From: Dehalococcoidia bacterium | GTDB lineage: Bacteria; Chloroflexota; Dehalococcoidia; Lucifugimonadales; UBA3495 | DNA: 64,000 bases | Direction of reading: 5' to 3' | Assembly: GCA_965204865.1 (NCBI GenBank) | Contig: OZ242027.1 | Span: forward strand, 3,779,986-3,843,985 | Shown: piece by piece, positions 49,871 to 58,548 of the stretch | How the letters are laid out: each line of letters opens with the position of its first letter | How positions within the stretch are numbered: the stretch's first letter is position 1 | The notes under the pieces: generated by a model | What the model was told of the DNA's origin: nothing | The model's database searches: none | Seen by the model: only the letters and a program-made list of their open reading frames with translations | Translations under genes and position numbers: made by a program

Positions 49871-51140
49871 CCGCTGCGCCACCTGCAACGGCTCCGGCTG
49901 GGTGACCCGCCGTATGCCCGTCGGACACCCGGAGTTCGGTCAAGCCGTCCCCTGTCCCTCCTGCCGCAACGATGAGGAATCCCCGGCCCGCCGGGACTCG
50001 CTGCGGCGGTACAGCAACCTGGGCGCGTTAGCCGGCGTTACCTTCGCCGCCACCCGGGCGGAAGGCCCGCTGGCCGATCCCGGGGCGCGGCGGATGTTCG
50101 CCGAAGCCTTTGCCCAAGCCGCTTCATACGCCGAGAACCCGCAGGGCTGGCTGGTGCTGACCGGCCCCTCCGGCAGCGGCAAGACCCATCTCGCCGCCGC
50201 CATCGCCAACCGCTGCATCGAGCGGCAGCAGACCACCTTCTTCATCATGGTGGCCGACCTGCTGGACCACCTGCGCGCCGCTTACGCGCCCGACAGCCCC
50301 ACCACCTACGACGAGCTGTTCGAGCAGGTGCGCAACGTGCCGCTGCTGGTGCTGGACGACCTGGGCGTCCACAGCGCCACGCCGTGGGCGCAGGAAAAGC
50401 TGTTCCAGGTCATCAACCACCGCCACAACAACAACCTGCCAACCGTCGTAACCTTTCGAGGCCCGCTGGCCCGGATGGACGAATTGCTGCGCACTCGCCT
50501 GGAAGCCGCCGATGGGCGTTCCGCTGTCCTACAGTTGGGCCACTTCAACACCCGCCTGGCTCTGGGCATCGGCGAAGTGCGCCCTGAAATGCTGGAGCGG
50601 ATGAAGTTCACCAACTTCAATCCGGCGGGAAGCCCCAAGGCAACCGACAAGGACCGGGACACACTGGCCCACGCCGTCAGCGCCTCCCGCATCTTCGCCA
50701 GCTTTCCCGAGGGCTGGCTATTCTTCACCGGAGCGCGGGGTTGCGGCAAGACGCACCTGGCGGTCGCCATAGCCGGGGAGAGCCTGCAACAGGGGCGGCA
50801 GGTGTTCTTCGCTTTCGTGCCGACGCTGCTGGACCACCTTCGCACCACTTACAGCCCCGATAGTCCTGTGGGTTTCGACGAGATTTTCGAGCAGGTGCTA
50901 AACGTTCCCCTGCTTATTCTCGATGATCTGGGCGCGGAAAACAGCACTGCCTGGGCGGAGGAGAAGCTCTACCAGATAATCGTCCACCGCCACGAAGCTC
51001 GTCTGCCCACAGTAATCACCACCGCCTCGCAAATGGAAGATCTAGAGAGAGCAAGGCCCCGCATCGCCTCCCGGCTGGTGGACTGGCTGGTGGTGGACTG
51101 GGTGCCGATAGACGCCCCCAACTACCGCGACCAGCGTTAG
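49761..51140 (+). CDS. DnaC/DnaI-type helicase loader with two tandem AAA+ modules and an N-terminal zinc ribbon
   Basis: CATCNGSGW...CPSCRN. Module 1: LTGPSGSGKTHLAAAIAN...LLVLDDLG. Module 2: FTGARGCGKTHLAVAIAG...LLILDDLGAE. The two modules are clearly paralogous along their length. Confidence 0.8.
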   Translation: MTMESLGDILRRISAGSIAKTTNGIGAGHHPEPAPADRCATCNGSGWVTRRMPVGHPEFGQAVPCPSCRNDEESPARRDSLRRYSNLGALAGVTFAATRAEGPLADPGARRMFAEAFAQAASYAENPQGWLVLTGPSGSGKTHLAAAIANRCIERQQTTFFIMVADLLDHLRAAYAPDSPTTYDELFEQVRNVPLLVLDDLGVHSATPWAQEKLFQVINHRHNNNLPTVVTFRGPLARMDELLRTRLEAADGRSAVLQLGHFNTRLALGIGEVRPEMLERMKFTNFNPAGSPKATDKDRDTLAHAVSASRIFASFPEGWLFFTGARGCGKTHLAVAIAGESLQQGRQVFFAFVPTLLDHLRTTYSPDSPVGFDEIFEQVLNVPLLILDDLGAENSTAWAEEKLYQIIVHRHEARLPTVITTASQMEDLERARPRIASRLVDWLVVDWVPIDAPNYRDQR

Positions 51141-51829
51141 CGCTGTTCCGAGTAAGGGATGACGAAGACTGTCACTTCCTCCGCCTCCGCCTGTTCGGTG
51201 CGCGCGTCGTCTATCCGGGCGGTGATAACCACTGGCGTTACGTCGCCGCCGGTGATGGTCTCCAAGATATTGGCCCGTTGTCTGGCCCGCCGGACGTCGT
51301 GGGTATCCGCTGTGAGAGAGATCTCAAAGACGGCATGGCGGTTCTCTTCGTCCGAGATAATCAGGTCGGTCTCAAAGAGGTCGCCGGAATCCGCCCTAGT
51401 TGCCAGTTTATCCCGGGTTGCACGGGCAATGGTGCTGGTCAGTCTCGGATCAACGAGACCTGCTTCCTGACTGAGGGCAATGTAATAAGCCTCAAAACCG
51501 AGAACGATATGGGACCGGGCCATGGCCTTGGGTCGCACAACTCGCTCGTACTGCATACCCTCAAAGTTTCCGAACCGGCCCTCCATCCTGGCAAACTGCT
51601 GCCTGGTGTCCTCGTTAATTTCTTTTAGCTCGGCCAGCAGTTCAGATTGCTTCGCCAACATTTCGGACAGGTTCCGGTTGGTTTCCTCCTGGGATTGGAT
51701 GAACCGGTCTAACCGGGCGGGCAGGTCGAGCAGGTCTTCGGTAAGGAGCAGAGCCCTGAGCGTATCCGCCCAAGCGGGCTGTTCTCTCAGGATTCGGGCG
51801 AGGTCGTCAATGGTGTTTATCGTTGTCAT
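51137..51829 (-). CDS. hypothetical protein, coiled-coil N-terminus plus endonuclease-like C-terminus (DUF3782-like)
   Basis: LSEMLAKQSELLAELKEINEDTRQQFARMEG, then FETDLIISDEENRHAVFEISLT. Lower GC. Its stop overlaps the dnaC-like stop convergently. Confidence 0.4.
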   Translation of the reverse strand: MTTINTIDDLARILREQPAWADTLRALLLTEDLLDLPARLDRFIQSQEETNRNLSEMLAKQSELLAELKEINEDTRQQFARMEGRFGNFEGMQYERVVRPKAMARSHIVLGFEAYYIALSQEAGLVDPRLTSTIARATRDKLATRADSGDLFETDLIISDEENRHAVFEISLTADTHDVRRARQRANILETITGGDVTPVVITARIDDARTEQAEAEEVTVFVIPYSEQR

Positions 51830-52001
51830 ACCCGAATTGTACCCTATTGGGGACATGATGTTGGAATAGTTCCACGGGCTAGCCGTCGCCGGGCTTCTCG
51901 ACAATGGCGCTAACCATCACGGTTGCTAATGGCAACGGGCCGTGATAGAATCAACCCGGAAGTTAGATAAAGAAGAAGCAAGAGAAGCGAAGACGCGCCA
52001 A

Positions 52002-52268
52002 ATGCTAGACGGTGAAACCAAAGCCAATATCATCCGCGAGTACCGCATCAACGACCGGGACACCGGTTCCGCCGAAGTTCAGGTAGCAGTCCTTACCGAG
52101 AACATCAAGAGGCTCACCGAACATCTGCGGACACACCGCAAAGACGTTCACTCCCGTCGCGGCTTGCAGGGCATGGTCTCCCAGCGGCGGCGTCTGCTGA
52201 ATTACCTGAGCAAGGAAGACGTCAACCGCTACCAGACGCTCATAACAAGGCTTGGCCTGCGCCGGTAA
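52002..52268 (+). CDS. rpsO: 30S ribosomal protein S15
   Basis: [35 protein letters not shown]. Confidence 0.95.
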   Translation: MLDGETKANIIREYRINDRDTGSAEVQVAVLTENIKRLTEHLRTHRKDVHSRRGLQGMVSQRRRLLNYLSKEDVNRYQTLITRLGLRR

Positions 52269-52279
52269 TTTCGCATCCG

Positions 52280-52309
52280 CAGCCCCGATGCTATCGGGGC
52301 TGATTTTCG
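52280..52309 (+). terminator. rpsO terminator / pnp leader hairpin
   Basis: CAGCCCCGAT-GCT-ATCGGGGCTG followed by ATTTTCGT. Confidence 0.6.
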
Positions 52310-52378
52310 TCTAGCCACGTCCCTCCCCCTGCTGTCTTCCCGCCTAACTCACCTTTGTGTGAGGTCATTCGTTTTATT

Positions 52379-54694
52379 ATGGCAACTGAACTTGCAACCC
52401 CCACAGTGGTCCACCGCGACATCGGCGGGGAAACCCTGGTACTGGAAACCGGCCGCCTGGCCTTCCAGGCCCATGGCGCGGTCACCGTCCGCTACGGCGA
52501 GTCCATCGTGCTGGCGACCGCCGTGATGTCGGACCGCCCCCGCGCCGAGGACATTGACTTTCTGCCCCTGACCGTGGACTACGAAGAAAGGCTCTACGCC
52601 GCCGGGCGCATCCCCGGCAGCTTCTTCCGGCGCGAAGGCCGCCCCGGACAGGAAGGCATCCTGGCCTCCCGGCTCACCGACCGGGCCATCCGGCCCCTGT
52701 TCCCCAAGGGCCTGCACAACGACGTGCAGATTACCCTGACCGTCCTCTCCGCCGACCAGGAGAACCCGCCGGAAATCCTGGCCATGGTGGGCGCGTCGGC
52801 GGCCCTCGCCATCTCGCAGATACCCTTTGAGGGCCCCATCGGAGCCTGCCGCATTGCCTACCGCAACGGGCAGTACGTCATCAATCCGACCTACCAGGAG
52901 AGCGACGACAGCACCCTGAGCATGGTCATCGGCGGCACCCGCGAGGCCATCATCATGGTGGAGGCCGGCAGCGACGAGGTGTCGGAGGAAGTCATCCTCG
53001 AAGCCATTCGGCGGGCGCAGGAAGCCAACAGCGAAATCATCTCGCTCATCGAGGAACTGACAGCCCAGGTGGGACAGCCCAAGGTGGAGGTCAAGACCGA
53101 CAAGGAGGCCGCCGAGAAACTGGATAGCAGCATCCGGGGAGTCGTAGGCACCCGGCTGGCCGACGCGCTGGAAGAAAACCTGGACAAGGTGCCGCTGGAA
53201 GCCCGCGAAAACGCCCTGCGCGATGAGGTCAACGAGAAGCTGGCCGAGGAATTCGGCGAGAAGGCCCTCTCCGAGGGTTTCAAGAGCGTGATGCGCGACG
53301 AGGTGCGCCGCCGCATCCTGGAGCGGCACATCCGCCCCGACGGGCGCTCGCTGGAAGAGATTCGCCCCATCACCTGCGAGGTGGGCGTCCTGCCCCGCAC
53401 CCACGGCTCCGGCCTGTTCACCCGCGGCATGACCCAGGTGCTGTCCACCGTGACCGTGGGTTCGCTGTCGATGAAACAGACCCTCGACACCGTGGGGCCG
53501 GACAACACCAAGCGGTTCATGCACCACTACAACTTCCCGTCCTTCTCCACCGGCGAGGCCCGCCGCGTGGGGTCGCCGGGCCGCCGCGAAATCGGCCACG
53601 GCGCACTGGCGGAGCGGGCCATCCTGCCCGCCCTGCCCTCGGAAGATGAGTTCCCCTACGCCATCCGCGTGGTGTCGGAAGTGCTTTCCTCCAACGGCAG
53701 CACCTCCATGGGCAGCGTCTGCGGCACCTCGCTGGCCCTGATGGACGCCGGCATTCCGGTCAAGGCCCCGGTGGCCGGCATCGCCATGGGCCTGGTGACC
53801 GGCGACGACGGCCAGTACGCCATCCTCAGCGACATTCAAGGCATCGAGGACTTCCTGGGCGATATGGACTTCAAGGTCGCCGGGACCGAGAACGGCGTAA
53901 ACGCCCTGCAAATGGACATCAAGTGGACCGGACTGACCCAGGAGATACTGGCCCAGGCCCTGGAGCAGGCCCGCGTGGGGCGGCTGTACATCATGGACAA
54001 GATGGCCCAGGCCATCACCAGCCCCAACCGGCAGATGAGCCCCCACGCCCCCAAGATGATTCGCCTGAAGATCAACCCCGACAAGATTGGCGCTCTCATC
54101 GGCCCCGGCGGGCGGGTAATTCGCGGCATCCAGGAAGAGACCGGCACCAACATAGACGTGCAGGACGACGGCACGGTCACCATCGGCGGCGTGGACCAGA
54201 CCATGCTGGAGATGGCGCAGTCCAAGGTGGACAGCTTGACCCGCGAGCTGGCCGTCGGCGACATCTTCACCGGCAAGGTGGTGCGCCTGACCAACTTCGG
54301 CGCCTTCGTCGAGCTGGTGCCGGGCCGCGACGGTCTCATCCGCAACGGCGATCTGGGCGACCTGGAAGAGGACCTGACCGAGGGACAGGAAATCACGGTG
54401 ATGATCCACGAAATCGACTCTCAGGGCCGGGTGAACCTGTCGCGCCGCGCTCTCTTCGGCGACGACAGCCCGCCTGCGCCTCGCACCGACTCCCCTCGCC
54501 CGGCCTTCGACCGCGGCGGACGCGGCGGCGACCGGGGAGGACGCAACGGCGGCTTCGGCGGCGGACGCGGCGGCAACGGCGGCGGCGGGCGGCGCAACGG
54601 CGGTGGCGGCGGGCGCCCCATGGGCGGCGGTCGCGGCCCCGGCGCAGGCCAGGAACGCCGCTTCGACGGCGGCGGACGCGGCCCGCGCAGCTAG
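52379..54694 (+). CDS. pnp: polyribonucleotide nucleotidyltransferase (PNPase) with an RGG-rich C-terminal tail
   Basis: Two RNase PH domains, KH (GPGGRVIRGIQEETG), S1 (GDIFTGKVVRLTNFGAFVEL), then about 70 aa of RGG/GGR repeats. Confidence 0.95.
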   Translation: MATELATPTVVHRDIGGETLVLETGRLAFQAHGAVTVRYGESIVLATAVMSDRPRAEDIDFLPLTVDYEERLYAAGRIPGSFFRREGRPGQEGILASRLTDRAIRPLFPKGLHNDVQITLTVLSADQENPPEILAMVGASAALAISQIPFEGPIGACRIAYRNGQYVINPTYQESDDSTLSMVIGGTREAIIMVEAGSDEVSEEVILEAIRRAQEANSEIISLIEELTAQVGQPKVEVKTDKEAAEKLDSSIRGVVGTRLADALEENLDKVPLEARENALRDEVNEKLAEEFGEKALSEGFKSVMRDEVRRRILERHIRPDGRSLEEIRPITCEVGVLPRTHGSGLFTRGMTQVLSTVTVGSLSMKQTLDTVGPDNTKRFMHHYNFPSFSTGEARRVGSPGRREIGHGALAERAILPALPSEDEFPYAIRVVSEVLSSNGSTSMGSVCGTSLALMDAGIPVKAPVAGIAMGLVTGDDGQYAILSDIQGIEDFLGDMDFKVAGTENGVNALQMDIKWTGLTQEILAQALEQARVGRLYIMDKMAQAITSPNRQMSPHAPKMIRLKINPDKIGALIGPGGRVIRGIQEETGTNIDVQDDGTVTIGGVDQTMLEMAQSKVDSLTRELAVGDIFTGKVVRLTNFGAFVELVPGRDGLIRNGDLGDLEEDLTEGQEITVMIHEIDSQGRVNLSRRALFGDDSPPAPRTDSPRPAFDRGGRGGDRGGRNGGFGGGRGGNGGGGRRNGGGGGRPMGGGRGPGAGQERRFDGGGRGPRS

Positions 54695-54701
54695 GGTTTT
54701 C

Positions 54702-54728
54702 GACGCAAAGGCGCAAAGACGCAAAGAG
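54702..54728. repeat. Family F short repeat (GACGCAAAGGCGCAAAGA)
   Basis: The same 18-mer occurs at 61112..61129. A related AACGCCGAGAGCGCAGAGAACGCCGAG lies at 25571..25597. Confidence 0.75.
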
Positions 54729-54765
54729 CGCAGGGAGCTTGTCTTTCTCTGCGCTCTTCGCTTTT
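54724..54765 (+). terminator. terminator candidate after pnp
   Basis: AAGAGCGCAG / CTGCGCTCTT 10-bp stem with a 15-nt loop, followed by CGCTTTT. Confidence 0.5.
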
Positions 54766-54789
54766 AATTATCCTGTTTAATCATCCCGG

Positions 54790-55587
54790 ATGGAGGCTAT
54801 GATGGCTGCGATTCGAGTTGTGATACATGGCGCAACCGGCAAGATGGGCGTCGAGACCGTCGCCGCCGTCTGCCGCGAGAGCGATATGGAGCTGGTGGGC
54901 GCGGTCTGCCGCACCGACCGGGGCGGCGTGCTGCCCACGCCGTCGGGCGATGTGCCGCTGTCCACCGACCTGGCGCAAATGCTGGACGACACCCGCCCCG
55001 ACGCGATGGTGGACTTCACCAACTCCGCCGCCTGCATGGAGGCCGCCCATGCCGCCGCCGCCCGCAAGGTCAACCTGGTGCTGGGTTCCAGCGGCCTCAA
55101 CGCCGACCATCACGCGCAGTTGGACGCCCTGGCCAACGACAATGGCGTGGGCATCATCGTCGCCCCCAACTTCGCCCTCGGCGCCATCGTGCTGAAGAAG
55201 CTGGCGGAGCAGGCCGCGCCCTTCTTCGACTACGTGGACATCGTGGAATCCCACCACGAGATGAAGATAGACGCCCCTTCCGGCTTCTCGCTGGCCCTGG
55301 CCAACAGCCTGGCCGGGCAGAAGCAGTTCACCCGCAACGTGACCGAGAAGGAGAACCTGCCGGAGACCCGGGGCGGCAACGTCAACGGCGTAACCGTCCA
55401 CAGCGTCCGCCTGCCCGGCCGGAGCGCCCACCACGAGGTGGTCTTCGGCGCGGCGGGCCAGACCGTCACCCTGCGCCACGACACGCTGGGCCGCGACTGC
55501 TATATGCCCGGCGTCGTCCGCTGCATCCGCGAAGCCGCCGCCAAGCCCGGCCTGGTGGTGGGGTTGGAGAACGTGCTGGGGCTGTAA
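54790..55587 (+). CDS. dapB: 4-hydroxy-tetrahydrodipicolinate reductase
   Basis: IRVVIHGATGKMG, and ESHHEMKIDAPSG (E-x-HH-x-K-x-DAPSGT-like). Confidence 0.9.
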   Translation: MEAMMAAIRVVIHGATGKMGVETVAAVCRESDMELVGAVCRTDRGGVLPTPSGDVPLSTDLAQMLDDTRPDAMVDFTNSAACMEAAHAAAARKVNLVLGSSGLNADHHAQLDALANDNGVGIIVAPNFALGAIVLKKLAEQAAPFFDYVDIVESHHEMKIDAPSGFSLALANSLAGQKQFTRNVTEKENLPETRGGNVNGVTVHSVRLPGRSAHHEVVFGAAGQTVTLRHDTLGRDCYMPGVVRCIREAAAKPGLVVGLENVLGL

Positions 55588-55722
55588 TTGAGGCCCACGG
55601 AGCGCTGGAATCGCTCGCGGTGTCACCGCAATTTCCACTTCCTTAGCAACCGGACAAGACCAATACCGCGGTCCCGTCTGATATAGTATTTTTACGAAAC
55701 TCAAAAAGGAGAAGGTGTTCCC

Positions 55723-56763
55723 GTGGAAGAATTGACCATTGCCGTTGTTGGCGCTACCGGAGCCGTGGGCGCAGAGTTCCTGCGCATCGTGGAGCAGCGC
55801 TATGCCAAGCCGCCCACCCTGCGGTTGATGGCGTCCCAGCGCTCCGCCGGCAAGCGCATCGCCGTAGGCGGCGAGGAACTGGTGGTCGAGGAAGCCGCGA
55901 AGGACTCCTTCGAGGGCGTGGACGTCGCGTTTATCTCAGCCAGCTCTGCGGTCAGCCGCGATCTGGCGCACCACGCAGTGGCCGCCGGGGCGGTGGTCAT
56001 AGACGACGGCTCGGCCTTCCGCATGGAGGCCAACGTGCCGCTGGTGGTGCCCGAGGTCAACGGCGAGGACGTGGAGTGGCACGAGGGCATCATATCCATA
56101 CCCAACTGCTCTACCACGCCGCTGGTGATGGCGGCCCACCCCCTGCGCCAGCTTGCGCCCATCCGACGCGTCATCGCCGACACCTACCAGTCGGTTTCCG
56201 GCGCCGGGGCGGCGCTGGTGGCCGACCTGCGCGAGCAGTCCGGGCGACTCATCGACGCCGACCACGCCGCCACCGCCAGCGAGCCGGGGCAGATTGCCTA
56301 CAACCTGATTCCCCAGATAGACCGCTTCATGGACACCGGCTATACCTACGAAGAACAGAAGATGCGGCAGGAATCGCAGAAGATTCTGCACGACCCGGAG
56401 CTGCAAATCTCCGCCACCTGCGTCCGCGTGCCGGTGTACGTGTCCCACAGCGCGGCAGTGCACCTGGAGTTCGAGCGCCCCGTATCCGTCGGCGAGGCCC
56501 GCGAGGCCCTGACGGCGATGCCCGGGCTGACCGTGCTGGACGACCCGGCCAACGCCGCCTACCCCATGCCCTGGGACGTTTCCGGCGAGGACGACGTGTT
56601 CGTGGGCCGCATCCGGCAGGACATCTCCAACCCCAACGGCCTGGCCCTGTGGATCGTCTCCGACAACCTGCGCAAGGGCGCGGCCCTCAACAGCCTCCAG
56701 ATAGCCGAGGAGCTGGTGAAGCGCGATCGCCTGAAGCCGCGCGCCGCAGCCGCCCGCGTCTAG
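55723..56763 (+). CDS. asd: aspartate-semialdehyde dehydrogenase
   Basis: IAVVGATGAVG and IPNCSTT (active-site Cys). GTG start. Confidence 0.95.
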   Translation: MEELTIAVVGATGAVGAEFLRIVEQRYAKPPTLRLMASQRSAGKRIAVGGEELVVEEAAKDSFEGVDVAFISASSAVSRDLAHHAVAAGAVVIDDGSAFRMEANVPLVVPEVNGEDVEWHEGIISIPNCSTTPLVMAAHPLRQLAPIRRVIADTYQSVSGAGAALVADLREQSGRLIDADHAATASEPGQIAYNLIPQIDRFMDTGYTYEEQKMRQESQKILHDPELQISATCVRVPVYVSHSAAVHLEFERPVSVGEAREALTAMPGLTVLDDPANAAYPMPWDVSGEDDVFVGRIRQDISNPNGLALWIVSDNLRKGAALNSLQIAEELVKRDRLKPRAAAARV

Positions 56764-56780
56764 GCATCAGGAGCCAACGT

Positions 56781-56801
56781 CCCCTCTCCCTCTGGGAGAG
56801 G
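56781..56801. repeat. Family D repeat, partial
   Basis: CCCCTCTCCCTCTGGGAGAGG. Confidence 0.8.
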
Positions 56802-56835
56802 AAGAACGAAAACCTCCCCTCGACGCGCCATAGGG

Positions 56836-56863
56836 TTGCGGCTATGTCAACCGCGCGTATAAT
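56836..56863 (+). promoter_or_regulatory. promoter candidate upstream of dapA
   Basis: TTGCGG, a 16-nt spacer, then TATAAT. Confidence 0.35.
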
Positions 56864-56911
56864 AGGCGCAAAAGCGAGCATCCGAGACATACGAATGAAG
56901 GGAGGGCAATT

Positions 56912-57802
56912 ATGGCTGAGATAGGCAGGCTCATAACGGCGATGGTCACACCGTTCGACGCCGAGGGGAAGGTGGACTACGAACAGGCCAAGCGGCTTGC
57001 CAACGCCCTTCTCGACTCCGGCAGCGACGGGGTCATCGTTTCAGGGACTACCGGCGAGTCGCCCACGCTGACTACCGACGAGAAACTGCGCCTGTACGCC
57101 GAGGTCAAGGAGTCTGTCGGCGAGCGGGGCGCGGTCATCGCCGGCACCGGCAACTACAGCACCGCCGAAAGCATCGAGCTGACCATGGAAGCCGAGAAGA
57201 CCGGCGTGGACGGCCTGCTGCTGGTGGTGCCTTACTACAACAAGCCGCCGCAGGAGGGGCTGTACCAGCACTTCAAGGCCATCGCGGAAAGCACCAGCCT
57301 GCCGGCCATCGTCTACAACGTGACCAGCCGCACCAGCCTGAACATGACCCACGAGACCACCATCCGCCTCAGCGAGATCGAGAACATCGTGGGTATCAAG
57401 GAAGCGGGCAGCGACATGGACCAGATAACCCGCATCATAGACGGGGCCAAGCCCGGCTTCCTGGTGTGGAGCGGCAACGACAACGAGACCTTCTACATCA
57501 TGGCCACCGGCGGCTATGGCGTGGTCAGCGTCGCCTCGCACCTCATCGGCAGCCAGATAAAGCAGATGATGGGCCTGCTGCTGGAAGGCGACGTGGAGGG
57601 CGCCGCCGCCGAGCACCGCCGGATGCTGCCGATGTTCAAGGTGCTGTTCGTGGAGTCCAACCCCATCCCGGTCAAGTACGGCCTGAACAAGGCGGGCTTC
57701 AACGTGGGCAACCCCCGCCTGCCCCTGATCCCGCCGTCCGAAAGGGCCGCCGCCGAAATCGACAAGGTGATGTCGCAGTACACCATAGACCTGCCGGTCT
57801 AG
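56912..57802 (+). CDS. dapA: 4-hydroxy-tetrahydrodipicolinate synthase
   Basis: TAMVTPFDAEGKVDYE, GTTGESPTLT, and YNVTSRT. Confidence 0.95.
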   Translation: MAEIGRLITAMVTPFDAEGKVDYEQAKRLANALLDSGSDGVIVSGTTGESPTLTTDEKLRLYAEVKESVGERGAVIAGTGNYSTAESIELTMEAEKTGVDGLLLVVPYYNKPPQEGLYQHFKAIAESTSLPAIVYNVTSRTSLNMTHETTIRLSEIENIVGIKEAGSDMDQITRIIDGAKPGFLVWSGNDNETFYIMATGGYGVVSVASHLIGSQIKQMMGLLLEGDVEGAAAEHRRMLPMFKVLFVESNPIPVKYGLNKAGFNVGNPRLPLIPPSERAAAEIDKVMSQYTIDLPV

Positions 57803-57925
57803 CGACGGCTGAACCTGCGGAACCCGCAGAGTCACGACGGAACAAAGATAGGGGGCGTATGCCCCCTATCGTTTCTTAAAGCCCGAATCCTCGACTTCCC
57901 AAGGAACAAAGAACGAGCGGGCTAA

Positions 57926-58207
57926 TCAATCAGTTGTGGCATGACGCAAAGGACTCGTTGACTGATTGGACGTTTCCATTGTAGCGAATTGGAAAACCCG
58001 CATTTCGATTGACCTGGTTGGGGCAGCCCCCTTGTTGACCATCCTACGCACCGTCTCAGCGGTTTCAAGGCTGAACGATTGCTCTCCGCAGCGAACACAG
58101 ACCTCGGCAGGGATACGTTCCACCAACACATACTCCTCGTCAATCTTGAAAACTTCGTCCACTACTTCAGAGCGGCTCTCCTTGCATCCGCAGACTGCAC
58201 ACTCAAA
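57926..58207 (-). CDS. YgiT-type zinc-finger protein (MqsA-like antitoxin N-domain)
   Basis: MFECAVCGC...VCVRCGEQ CxxC pairs. Lies 5 nt downstream of the DUF4258 gene. Low-GC islet. Confidence 0.7.
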   Translation of the reverse strand, partial: FECAVCGCKESRSEVVDEVFKIDEEYVLVERIPAEVCVRCGEQSFSLETAETVRRMVNKGAAPTRSIEMRVFQFATMETSNQSTSPLRHATTD

Positions 58208-58212
58208 CATAG

Positions 58213-58524
58213 TTACCTCCGAGTAGTGTAGTCGATCCAATCGGCCGGGTCAGGCTCGTACACTGTTATTACCCTGACAACACTGGTATCCGCCAGAGAT
58301 ACCTGAATATGCAGCGGCCTGTCGGCATAAGTGAATCCCAGCATAAGACAACTGGGTGAGTATTTGTCATCAGGGTACTCTTCAATGACGATTGCCGATT
58401 CCCCTGCCTGCCTGATTTCCGATTCGCTAATCTCCCGTTGAACAAGTCGCCTGACAACGTGCAGTGTAAGATCGAATTCGGAGTTTGAAAGCTGCCTGCG
58501 AACATCGTCCAGTGACTTTGCCAT
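58213..58524 (-). CDS. DUF4258 domain-containing toxin-like protein
   Basis: FDLTLHVVRRLVQREISESEIRQAGESAIVIEEYPDDKYSPSCLMLGFT...VVRVITVYEPD. Confidence 0.75.
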   Translation of the reverse strand: MAKSLDDVRRQLSNSEFDLTLHVVRRLVQREISESEIRQAGESAIVIEEYPDDKYSPSCLMLGFTYADRPLHIQVSLADTSVVRVITVYEPDPADWIDYTTRR

Positions 58525-58548
58525 TCATGTTGCTCTTTAACCGGTATC

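Noticed and set aside
52349-54724. 791-aa ORF antisense to pnp
   Set aside because: It is a GC-rich shadow frame opposite a clearly conserved PNPase gene. The Ala/Gly/Arg/His-rich translation has no motifs.
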